From the UHGV virus genome UHGV-0139114: DNA of 28,745 nt. One strand, 5' to 3'. The notes below the pieces were generated by a model that worked only from the letters and a program-made list of their open reading frames with translations, was not told where the DNA came from and ran no database searches. Shown here piece after piece: positions 1-7,883 of the stretch. Position numbers and translations under genes: made by a program. Source of the stretch: a virus. Each line of letters begins with the position of its first letter. Position 1 is the stretch's first letter.

Positions 1-981
1 TTATAACGTCACTCCGCCTTTTAGTGGATTCAGAGCGACGGCATTTTGCAGATAGTCAGGCGCAAGGTGCGCATAGGCCATCGTCTGCTGAATGCTCGCA
101 TGTCCCAGAATCTGTTGCAGTGCGATTATATTGCCCCCATTCATCATGAAATGGCTTGCGAATGTATGCCGCAGGATGTGGGTTGCCTGATTGGGTGGTA
201 TATCAGGTTTCACTCTGCGTAAAATCCCGCAAAATTTCTCATAATCAACTTTGAATAATTTGGCGCTGGCCTCCTCTTTAACTTTTTTCTCCAGTTCCTC
301 AGAAATCGGCACGGTTCGCTTTTTACCGTTTTTGGTTTTCAGGAAGGTAACCCTGCAATTTGTAATCTGTGCTGGTTTTAGCGTGGCAACTTCCGTCCAT
401 CTTCCTCCAGTGCTCAGACATAAAAGCGCGACAAGTAAGTCATCACCAGCCAAAACATTTAACAGTTTTTCGATTTCTGCTTTTTCCAGGAACGTCATTT
501 CAGGGTTGGCCTCCGCCAGTGGCGGCAGTCCGTGAATTGGGTGTTGCCCGGAAAATTCATCCAATTGAATTAATTTTGTGAACATGCCGGATAATCGGTA
601 CATGTCACGGTTTATCGTTGCGGCACTGATACCATCACGTAGTCGCATGGAACGATAATCCATCAAAGCCCTTTTGCTCATCCTGCTCACTGGTATATCA
701 CCTATGCCGCTGATGGTTTTGAGTAGATGATTAAACTCTTTTGTTCCATGCTCGTGGTTTTGCCCGTGATATTTCCACCAGATGTCCAGCAACTCACTCA
801 AAGTCCGGCGGTCTGCTCGCTGGCCTCCCCATTCTTTCTGACTGGCATTGGCGATCGTGTATCGCTCAAATGCTAGTGCTTCAGCTTTTCTTTCGAATTT
901 CCTGCGGATGCGTTTTCCGTCGCGACCGCGAGGTCTAATGTCCACTTCATAGCGACCATCATCGAGCTTCTTAATTGCCAT
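1..981 (-). CDS. int: Tyrosine integrase, P2 Int-like. Start placed at the ATG at 981 (GGAGGG 7 nt upstream); the track's ATG at 1011 has no SD and is the alternative.
   Basis: Translation begins MAIKKLDDGRYEVDIRP, which I recall as the P2 Int N-terminus; C-terminal region HTFASHF...LGH...Y is typical of tyrosine recombinases. Stop codon is at positions 1-3, so the attachment junction lies outside the window. Confidence 0.85.
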   Translation of the reverse strand: MAIKKLDDGRYEVDIRPRGRDGKRIRRKFERKAEALAFERYTIANASQKEWGGQRADRRTLSELLDIWWKYHGQNHEHGTKEFNHLLKTISGIGDIPVSRMSKRALMDYRSMRLRDGISAATINRDMYRLSGMFTKLIQLDEFSGQHPIHGLPPLAEANPEMTFLEKAEIEKLLNVLAGDDLLVALLCLSTGGRWTEVATLKPAQITNCRVTFLKTKNGKKRTVPISEELEKKVKEEASAKLFKVDYEKFCGILRRVKPDIPPNQATHILRHTFASHFMMNGGNIIALQQILGHASIQQTMAYAHLAPDYLQNAVALNPLKGGVTL

Positions 982-1050
982 AAGAAAGCCCTCCGGCGCT
1001 GTATTCACCATCTTGGTAGCAAATGGTGAAAATGTAATCTTTATATAGAG

Positions 1051-1344
1051 TTAGCCAATCCTTTTCGCGGAGTGGTTGGACTCTGTTGACTCTGGCCCAA
1101 TGTGCGCGAGAGCCGGTGCGATTTGTCCTGCGTCCGGCGCGGTTTTATCTGTCATAAGCCATAGAGCATATTTTTGGAATGTGGGATGCATAGTGATTTT
1201 TAGCAAAGCTGTGCCACCGGGTTCAAAGTTTCCTCCTTCATATTTTTTAAGTGTGCTTAGCGGTAACTCTATGATTTCACAGAATTTTGATTGGCTTAGC
1301 CCTTCAGCCTCACGCAAGGCCTTAATCTTTTCGCTTAATTTCAT
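1051..1344 (-). CDS. C: Immunity repressor, P2 C-like (97 aa)
   Basis: N-terminal HTH-like segment and the segment QIAPALAHIG match my recollection of P2 repressor C; divergent from cox and upstream of int as in P2. Confidence 0.8.
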   Translation of the reverse strand: MKLSEKIKALREAEGLSQSKFCEIIELPLSTLKKYEGGNFEPGGTALLKITMHPTFQKYALWLMTDKTAPDAGQIAPALAHIGPESTESNHSAKRIG

Positions 1345-1465
1345 TTGACATGGTGCCTATATAGGGACTAAATTCCCTCAAAACTGGAACCTATATAGGT
1401 TCCATTGATTTGAGAATAAACCAGCGTCTAAACGGTTTTGAGTGGTTTAGAAAGGGCTGGATCCT
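1345..1465. promoter_or_regulatory. Immunity switch region between C and cox, with TTGACA (1345-1350) and two copies of the palindrome CCTATATAGG (1356-1365 and 1390-1399; the second extends to an 18-bp perfect palindrome GGAACCTATATAGGTTCC, 1386-1403)
   Basis: Seen directly in the sequence. Position corresponds to the Pe/Pc promoter-operator region of P2-like phages; each palindrome has a TATATA core that could serve as a -10 on either strand. Confidence 0.5.
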
Positions 1466-1753
1466 ATGAGGGTACCATATATGGACTCTGAAAATTATGT
1501 GATTCAGTATCCGCTTGATGCGGTTCATGTGGATAAATTTGCTGATTTATTAGGGAAGCCAAAGACAGCCGTCAGTGAAATGGTGAAGGCAAATAAATTA
1601 CCAATTATTGAATTGCGTGATCCTTGCAAACCGAAGGCTCGTGCCGGTGAAAAATGGGTTTTCATTCCTGAGTTTAATCGCGCTGTACGTGAGGCGTTTT
1701 ATAACCGACCGGTTGAACAGCGTGATGCATGGCTTTTGTGGATGGGGTTGTGA
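1466..1753 (+). CDS. cox: Cox-like excisionase / early transcriptional regulator (alternative start at ATG 1481)
   Basis: About 90-95 aa, first rightward gene after the repressor; C-terminal WLLWMGL resembles P2 Cox. Both candidate starts have an SD. Confidence 0.75.
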   Translation: MRVPYMDSENYVIQYPLDAVHVDKFADLLGKPKTAVSEMVKANKLPIIELRDPCKPKARAGEKWVFIPEFNRAVREAFYNRPVEQRDAWLLWMGL

Positions 1754-1755
1754 TT

Positions 1756-1926
1756 ATGAATGAGCCGCGTTGTATTGCTCAGTTATTGCGTAACGAAAGC
1801 CCCAGGGCGATTGACTTCACCATCACCCACGGTAAGGGGCGTAAGGGAATCATTATCCGCACCAAAAAACAGAGTCCGTTAAAAAAGGCTCTGACCTTTC
1901 TGAAAAGCCGGAGGGTATGGAAATGA
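1756..1926 (+). CDS. Small hypothetical protein (56 aa from ATG 1756)
   Basis: ORF in the early operon between cox and B; ATG 3 nt after the cox stop. No family recognised. Confidence 0.4.
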   Translation: MNEPRCIAQLLRNESPRAIDFTITHGKGRKGIIIRTKKQSPLKKALTFLKSRRVWK

Positions 1927-2423
1927 CAGTGATGACGCTCAATCTCGTTGAAAAACAGCCAGCAACTATGCGCCGGATAATTGGTAAGCATCTGGCCGTC
2001 CCTCGCTGGCAGGAGACATGCGATTATTATAATCAGATGATGGAACGCGAACGGCTAACGGTTTGCTTTCATGCGCAGTTAAAACAGCGTCACGCAACGA
2101 TGCGTTTTGAAGAAATGAACGACGTCGAACGTGAACGGCTGGTTTGTGCAATTGATGAATTGCGTGGGGCATTCTCAAAACGCCGTCAGGTTGGCGCAAG
2201 TGAGTATGCATATATTAGTTTTTTAACAGTCAGTCAGCGCCGTACTTTATTTATGCATGCCGGATTGACTGAAAAAGAATTCAACCAGCCATACTGGCGA
2301 ATTAATGAAGAGTCATGTTACTGGCGTGATGCTTTATTCCGTGCGTTACGTGAATTATTCAGTCTGTTTGAGTATGCGCCGACAATTCTGACGTCGGTAA
2401 AACCAGAGCAATATCTGCATTAA
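1923..2423 (+). CDS. B: Replication protein B-like (166 aa from ATG 1923; track start is 1917)
   Basis: Position between cox and A and length equal to P2 gpB as I recall it; GGAGG at 1909-1913 is optimally spaced for the 1923 ATG. Confidence 0.65.
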   Translation: MTVMTLNLVEKQPATMRRIIGKHLAVPRWQETCDYYNQMMERERLTVCFHAQLKQRHATMRFEEMNDVERERLVCAIDELRGAFSKRRQVGASEYAYISFLTVSQRRTLFMHAGLTEKEFNQPYWRINEESCYWRDALFRALRELFSLFEYAPTILTSVKPEQYLH

Positions 2424-2486
2424 GTAATTAACCAGAGTTTTTAACGCACTTAATCGTGCGGGGCTTCTTTTTGCCTGGAGAAAGTC

Positions 2487-2711
2487 ATGCATACAGTTTC
2501 TGAAAATCAGTGCGGTAAATACGCATTACTGCTGCAACAGGCCAGAACCGAAGCACAGGCCGACGCAGCGACGCGCTTTTCTTCTCATCTTGACGCCATG
2601 ATTCGCCATATCACAAAGGCGGAGTTATCCCGCGTGGAGATAGTCGAGCTGCTCAGTCAGGAGTCGGAAAAATTTCACAATATCGGATTGTCTCGCGGGG
2701 AGGTGCTTTGA
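2487..2711 (+). CDS. Hypothetical early protein (74 aa)
   Basis: ORF with GGAG 6 nt upstream of the ATG; stop overlaps the next start (TGATG). Confidence 0.55.
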   Translation: MHTVSENQCGKYALLLQQARTEAQADAATRFSSHLDAMIRHITKAELSRVEIVELLSQESEKFHNIGLSRGEVL

Positions 2712-3013
2712 TGTCCTGTTCTCATTCAGTTGTATTACTGAATAACGCCTTAAAAATCGCTGTTATGAAAAATGGCGATTTGTCTCTTATTCAACTTGGT
2801 CTTGATAAAGAAAAACGCGAAATAACTGAATCTGTTATCGCGATTTATCAGAACGAATTAAACCTCCTGTCTGATGTGGTCAATTTACTTGTTAAACGCG
2901 CTGTATTCCACAAGCAAATTTCCTCAGTGGATGAACTGACAAAATTAACGACAGAAATCGCCAGCTATTGCGCTGATGAATTTAAGAAACTGAACGACAA
3001 AAGGAGCTGGTAA
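2711..3013 (+). CDS. Hypothetical early protein (100 aa from ATG 2711)
   Basis: Track start at 2708 is TTG; ATG at 2711 has GGAGG 9 nt upstream and overlaps the upstream stop. Confidence 0.55.
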   Translation: MSCSHSVVLLNNALKIAVMKNGDLSLIQLGLDKEKREITESVIAIYQNELNLLSDVVNLLVKRAVFHKQISSVDELTKLTTEIASYCADEFKKLNDKRSW

Positions 3014-3237
3014 TGCCGGACAACGTGGATTTTATTCAGGAACAACAGGCTGAATTACTGGAGCGTCAGATTAACGCGGCAAGGGTAAAACATTGCGGTG
3101 CTTCTGCGCTGGTTTGCGAAGAGTGTGACGCGCCAATACCTGCTGCCCGTCGTGCGGCTTATCCGTCAGCCACGCGTTGTGTTTCCTGCCAGTCAGTCTT
3201 TGAAGCAAAAAACAAACATTACCGGAGAACGGCATGA
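3013..3237 (+). CDS. Small C4 zinc-finger protein, TraR/DksA-like
   Basis: Cys pairs CEECDAP ... CVSCQ in a 74-aa protein; AAGGAG 6 nt upstream. Matches the position of the small zinc-finger orf found before gene A in P2-like phages. Confidence 0.65.
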   Translation: MPDNVDFIQEQQAELLERQINAARVKHCGASALVCEECDAPIPAARRAAYPSATRCVSCQSVFEAKNKHYRRTA

Positions 3238-3509
3238 GTATTCGTATTGAAATTGGCGAACGTTATGTCGTTACCAGTGACAGCTTTCAGTTTATTCTCC
3301 ACGAGAAAAAGAGAGCGGAAAGCGGTAAAAACGCCGGTCAGGAATGGCTGGCGGTGGTTGGTTATTATCCGAAATTAAGCCAGCTCGTTTCCGGCCTGAT
3401 GCATCACGATATTCTGACCGGAAGCGCAAAGTCTTTTGCTGATTTAAACGCGCAGGTTGAGCAACTCAGCAGGCGTTGTTCAGAGGCTTTTGGCTCATAT
3501 GGCCGTTAA
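3234..3509 (+). CDS. Hypothetical early protein (91 aa)
   Basis: ORF with GGAG upstream, overlapping the neighbouring genes at both ends. Confidence 0.5.
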   Translation: MSIRIEIGERYVVTSDSFQFILHEKKRAESGKNAGQEWLAVVGYYPKLSQLVSGLMHHDILTGSAKSFADLNAQVEQLSRRCSEAFGSYGR

Positions 3510-5805
3510 AGCCTCCGGGCGTTTTGTCCCTCCGTCAGCATTTGCTGCAGGCACCGGTAAGGCGTTTACCGGTGCTTATGCATGGAACGCGCCACGCGAG
3601 GCTGTCGGGCGCGAAAGACCCCTTACACGTGACGAGATGCGTCAGGTGCAAGGTGTTTTATCCACGATTAACCGCCTGCCTTACTTTTTGCGCTCGCTGT
3701 TTACTTCACGCTATGACTACATCCGGCGCAATAAAAGCCCGGTGCACGGGTTTTATTTCCTCACATCCACTTTTCAGCGTCGTTTATGGCCGCGCATTGA
3801 GCGTGTGAATCAGCGTCATGAAATGAACGCCGACGCGTCGTTGCTGTTTCTGGCAGAGCGCGACCAGTATGCGCGCCTGCCGGGGATGAATGACAAGGAG
3901 CTGAAAAAGTTTGCCGCCCGTATCTCATCACAGCTTTTCATGATGTATGAGGAACTCTGCGATGCCTGGGTGGATGCGCATGGCGAGAAAGAATCGCTGT
4001 TTACGGATGAGGCGCAGGCTCACCTCTATGGTCATGTTGCTGGCGCTGCACGTGCTTTCAATATTTCCCCGCTCTACTGGAAAAAATACCGTAAAGGACA
4101 GATGACCACGAGGCAGGCATATTCTGCCATTGCCCGTCTGTTTAACGATGAGTGGTGGACTCATCAGCTTAAAGGCCAGCGTATGCGCTGGCATGAGGCG
4201 TTACTGATTGCTGTCGGGGAGGTGAATAAAGACCGTTCTCCTTATGCCAGTAAACATGCCATTCGTGATGTGCGTGCACGCCGCCAGGCAAATCTGGAAT
4301 TTCTTAAATCGTGTGACCTTGAAAACAGGGAAACCGGCGAGCGCATCGACCTTATCAGTAAGGTGATGGGCAGTATTTCTAATCCTGAAATTCGCCGGAT
4401 GGAGCTGATGAACACCATTGCCGGTATTGAGCGTTACGCCGCCGCAGAGGGGGATGTGGGGATGTTTATCACGCTGACCACGCCGTCAAAGTATCACCCG
4501 ACACGTCAGGTCGGAAAAGGCGAAAGTAAAACCGTCCAGCTTAATCACGGCTGGAATGATGAGGCATTTAATCCAAAGGATGCGCAGCGTTATCTCTGCC
4601 GTATCTGGAGCCTGATGCGCACGGCATTCAAGGATAATGATTTACAGGTCTACGGTTTGCGTGTCGTCGAGCCACACCACGACGGAACGCCGCACTGGCA
4701 TATGATGCTTTTTTGTAATCCACGCCAGCGTAACCAGATTATCGAAATCATGCGTCGCTATGCGCTCAAAGAGGATGGTGACGAAAGAGGAGCCGCGCGA
4801 AACCGTTTTCAGGCAAAGCACCTTAACCGGGGCGGTGCTGCGGGATATATCGCGAAATACATTTCAAAAAATATCGACGGCTATGCACTGGATGGTCAGC
4901 TCGATAACGATACCGGTAAGCCGCTTAAAGATACTGCCGCGGCTGTTACCGCATGGGCGTCAACGTGGCGCATCCCGCAATTTAAAACGGTTGGCCTGCC
5001 GACAATGGGGGCTTACCGTGAACTACGCAAATTGCCTCGCGGCGTCAGTATTGCTGATGAGTTTGACGAACGCGTCGAGGCTGCTCGCGCTGCCGCAGAC
5101 AGTGGTGATTTTGCGTTGTATATCAGCGCGCAGGGTGGGGCAAATGTCCCGCGCGATTGTCAGACTGTCAGGGTTGCCCGTAGCCCGTCGGATGACGTCA
5201 ACGAGTACGAGGAAGAAGTCGAGAGAGTGGTCGGCATTTACGCGCCGCATCTCGGCGCGCGTCATATTCATATCACCAGAACCACGGACTGGCGCATTGT
5301 TCCGAAATTTCCGGTCGTTGAGCCTTTGACTTTAAAAAGCGGCATCGCCGCGCCTCGGAGTCCTGTCAATAACTGTGGAAAGCTCACCGGTGGTGATACT
5401 TCGTTACCGGCTCCCACACCTTCTGAGCACGCCGCAGCCCTGCTTAATCTGGTTGATGACGGTGTTATCGAATGGAATGACCCGGAGGTCGTGAGGGCGC
5501 TCAGGGGCGCATTAAAACACGGCCTGAGAACACCAAACCGTCAGCAAAGAAACGGAAGCCCGTTAAAAGCGCATGAAATAGCGCCATCGGCCAGGCTGAC
5601 CCGGTTGGAGCGTATGCAAATTACCCGTATCCGTGTTGACCTTGCTCAGAACGGCATCTGGCCTCAGCGATGGGAACTTGAGGCGCTGGCGCGTGGCGCG
5701 ACCGTAAATTATGACGGGAAAAAATTCACGTATCCGGTCACTGATGAGTGGCCGGGATTCTCAACAGTAATGGAGTGGACATCATGGCAAAAATTCACGA
5801 GGTAA
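3499..5805 (+). CDS. A: Rolling-circle replication initiator endonuclease, P2 gpA-like (start at ATG 3499; track start 3457 is TTG)
   Basis: From the 3499 ATG the protein begins MAVKASGRFVPPSAF, which I recall as the P2 gpA N-terminus; contains HWHMMLF and YIAKYISKNIDGY, typical of rolling-circle initiators with the active-site tyrosines. Confidence 0.9.
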   Translation: MAVKASGRFVPPSAFAAGTGKAFTGAYAWNAPREAVGRERPLTRDEMRQVQGVLSTINRLPYFLRSLFTSRYDYIRRNKSPVHGFYFLTSTFQRRLWPRIERVNQRHEMNADASLLFLAERDQYARLPGMNDKELKKFAARISSQLFMMYEELCDAWVDAHGEKESLFTDEAQAHLYGHVAGAARAFNISPLYWKKYRKGQMTTRQAYSAIARLFNDEWWTHQLKGQRMRWHEALLIAVGEVNKDRSPYASKHAIRDVRARRQANLEFLKSCDLENRETGERIDLISKVMGSISNPEIRRMELMNTIAGIERYAAAEGDVGMFITLTTPSKYHPTRQVGKGESKTVQLNHGWNDEAFNPKDAQRYLCRIWSLMRTAFKDNDLQVYGLRVVEPHHDGTPHWHMMLFCNPRQRNQIIEIMRRYALKEDGDERGAARNRFQAKHLNRGGAAGYIAKYISKNIDGYALDGQLDNDTGKPLKDTAAAVTAWASTWRIPQFKTVGLPTMGAYRELRKLPRGVSIADEFDERVEAARAAADSGDFALYISAQGGANVPRDCQTVRVARSPSDDVNEYEEEVERVVGIYAPHLGARHIHITRTTDWRIVPKFPVVEPLTLKSGIAAPRSPVNNCGKLTGGDTSLPAPTPSEHAAALLNLVDDGVIEWNDPEVVRALRGALKHGLRTPNRQQRNGSPLKAHEIAPSARLTRLERMQITRIRVDLAQNGIWPQRWELEALARGATVNYDGKKFTYPVTDEWPGFSTVMEWTSWQKFTR

Positions 5806-6236
5806 AGCTGCACGCAAAATATTTCGACCTTGTGCTGGAAGGAAAGAAACGTGCAGAGTTTCGGAAAAATGACCGTAATTATGAGCGCGGGGACACGCTG
5901 ATTTTGCATGAATGGGTGCAGGGTGTGTTTACGGGGCGAAAGGTTGAAGCCCGGATAACAGATGTTACTGACCTGTCAGACTGGCTGGAAGATTATGTCT
6001 TGCTAAGTATTGAGCTGCTTAATACAAGCGCATATGAGATTGTGAACTGGAAAGAACTTAGTGAGCGTGGTCTGGTATTCAGAATTAATCATGAAATTAT
6101 GCATCAGCTCGGCCTTGCTGTTATGTATGAACCAGAGACGGGGATGTCTGGCGGGGCAATGGTTACCACGGATGGAGCATGGAACTATTCAGATGAACAG
6201 ATTGAGAGTGCAAAGCAAAACGGGTGGCTTGGATAA
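5784..6236 (+). CDS. DUF3850-like (ASCH/PUA-like fold) protein with a C-terminal extension (150 aa from ATG 5784)
   Basis: N-terminal 60 aa (KIHEVKLHAKYFDLVLEGKKRAEFRKNDRNYERGDTL) look like DUF3850 from memory; track start 5748 is GTG, and ATG 5784 has GGAG 9 nt upstream. Confidence 0.55.
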   Translation: MAKIHEVKLHAKYFDLVLEGKKRAEFRKNDRNYERGDTLILHEWVQGVFTGRKVEARITDVTDLSDWLEDYVLLSIELLNTSAYEIVNWKELSERGLVFRINHEIMHQLGLAVMYEPETGMSGGAMVTTDGAWNYSDEQIESAKQNGWLG

Positions 6237-6442
6237 TGCACGGAATACCAGGCGAGATACCGCAACATAACACTAAAAATATCAAGCTGATGGCTATTGT
6301 TCACCGTCTACAGCAGATTATGGTCAACGAAAATCTGACGCCTGACGAGCTGGTCGGGTGTGCTGAAATAGTCCGGGATAATTACGGGCGGTTTAACTAT
6401 ATCGGTCAGTCCAGAGTTGCGCCACCACCACGCAGACGATAG
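6236..6442 (+). CDS. Small hypothetical protein (68 aa), start overlapping the DUF3850 stop (TAATG)
   Basis: ATG 6236 shares one base with the upstream stop TAA at 6234-6236; no family recognised. Confidence 0.4.
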   Translation: MHGIPGEIPQHNTKNIKLMAIVHRLQQIMVNENLTPDELVGCAEIVRDNYGRFNYIGQSRVAPPPRRR

Positions 6443-6515
6443 AGAACGCCGCCAGTCGTGAAACTTGTTTTCAGGGCTGGCGGGGTTGAACAACGAGCGA
6501 AGTGAGGCGTTAGCA

Positions 6516-7457
6516 TTAAGTTAATTTTAATGAATGGTACTCTATCGAGCTGATTGTAGATGCGATATATTTACGATCATTTACAGAGAGTATTGCCGCT
6601 AGTAGACGACATACCAGAGCCTGCATTTGTAGCAATATATCGCTACCATATTGACAATCATTGATACTAGAGAAACCAAGCGGTTGCCCATTAAAAATGG
6701 CTTCATGAAAATTATCATTGCGTATAACTGAAACATTACATTCATCTGTTGCCCATGACGGGATTTTTACACCGTAATTTTCGCACATCCAATATACTCT
6801 ATTTTGATGAGATGGTTTTTTCTCTTTAATGACTTTATCCCTTTCATCCCATGCTATAGCAAAACAGCAATCAAGAGCCATATAAAGATACTGGAATTTC
6901 TCAAAGGAAAGGTATAGTGGGTTATGTGATAGGAATAGGGAGTGTATCACCGCAGCTATTCTTTTAATGGAGCGATCATCTTTTTGTTTGTCTTTTATAT
7001 AGTTAAGTGCTAGCTCTATTACTTCTTTTTCAGAGCATCCAACGAGAATAAAGTCAGTTAACTTAGTGGGCTTGATAGTGGTTGCATCAAGAAAACCAGC
7101 GTCAGTGGTTGTCAATCTTATACCCTTGAAAAAAGAGAGGCACCACACAACAAAGTTGAGAGTTTCTAACGAGGATGTGTTTTTTAATTTTAGTGTGTGC
7201 GTTTTGGGCATGCCGAATACTCGGTAACTATAAGGCATTGTGCATGTGTCACCATTAAGGTTATATACCTTTCGATTCCCAGGGTATATCCAACCATTAA
7301 CAACGTTTTTATCATTGTTAATACGTTCCACTTTCTCAATAAGACCGGGTAAAGTACGCAAAGAAAATTGTTCAGTCTCAATGTTAACTTCTACTGGATA
7401 GTATCCAAACTCCGAAATAATCTCATTTGGTTGCTGTTCATCAACTTCACCTTGCAT
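6516..7457 (-). CDS. Orphan 313-aa protein with an RNxxxH (HEPN-like) motif; candidate abortive-infection / defence nuclease
   Basis: Long ORF on the opposite strand to the surrounding phage genes in an AT-rich segment; GGAG 7 nt upstream of ATG 7457; motif RNDNFH at residues 246-251 (nt 6705-6722). Not a P2 gene that I recognise. Confidence 0.6.
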   Translation of the reverse strand: MQGEVDEQQPNEIISEFGYYPVEVNIETEQFSLRTLPGLIEKVERINNDKNVVNGWIYPGNRKVYNLNGDTCTMPYSYRVFGMPKTHTLKLKNTSSLETLNFVVWCLSFFKGIRLTTTDAGFLDATTIKPTKLTDFILVGCSEKEVIELALNYIKDKQKDDRSIKRIAAVIHSLFLSHNPLYLSFEKFQYLYMALDCCFAIAWDERDKVIKEKKPSHQNRVYWMCENYGVKIPSWATDECNVSVIRNDNFHEAIFNGQPLGFSSINDCQYGSDILLQMQALVCRLLAAILSVNDRKYIASTISSIEYHSLKLT

Positions 7458-7695
7458 AACTTTCTCCGTTCAAAAACAGGCACGATAATTCTCGTAAGCC
7501 TATCATGTTCGCAAAGTATCCATACCTGTGGATTTTGTAAATTTAAGTTGATTTGTCATTAAATAAGCCGTTGCATGCAACAAGTGAATGTTTTTGCATG
7601 CGTCGGGGATGTCCGTTCAGGCTGCGTGCGGTCAGGACTGGTGCGGATCCATAGTATCTATGCAACTGCATTAAAACCGCCCCATGAAGCGGGCG

Positions 7696-7714
7696 GGCGA
7701 GGCGGGGAAAGCAC
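7696..7714. other. cos: cos site: 19-nt sequence GGCGAGGCGGGGAAAGCAC, the cohesive-end sequence of P2 as I recall it
   Basis: Exact string present about 170 bp from the 3' end of the portal gene, the expected location of P2 cos. Confidence 0.65.
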
Positions 7715-7856
7715 TGCGCGCTGGCGGTGGTGCTGATTTTATTTTTTCAGCGTCTCAGCGCGTCGTGACGGCGCTTAGTCTGCCCGTTGAGGCGCTGGTG
7801 TGTCTGCGGGGTGTTTTGTGCGGTGGTGAGCGTGTGAGGGCGTGATGACGGGGTGT

Positions 7857-7878
7857 AAAAAAGCCGCCCGCAGGCGGC
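7857..7878 (-). terminator. Rho-independent terminator after the P-Q operon
   Basis: GC hairpin GCCGCC / GGCGGC (7863-7868, 7873-7878) with a 4-nt loop; on the minus strand it is followed by T6 (plus-strand A-run 7857-7862), directly downstream of the Q stop at 7884. Confidence 0.7.
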
Positions 7879-7883
7879 GATGT

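Noticed and set aside
251-938. Plus-strand ORFs inside the integrase gene
   Set aside because: Antisense to a clear tyrosine recombinase ORF; no SD and no plausible product.
3457-3498. ORF-track 5' extensions using GTG/TTG codons (A at 3457, DUF3850 at 5748, O at 10798, P at 10720, L at 13643, X at 14143, lysC at 15788, cargo gene at 23756)
   Set aside because: Each has an in-frame ATG further downstream with an SD and/or a match to the expected P2 protein N-terminus and length; the extensions would overlap upstream genes substantially.
6447-6483. Inverted repeat CCGCCAG ... CTGGCGG between the convergent cargo genes, considered as a bidirectional terminator
   Set aside because: The loop is about 21 nt and there is no clean T-tract on either strand, so it is a weak terminator candidate; left unannotated.
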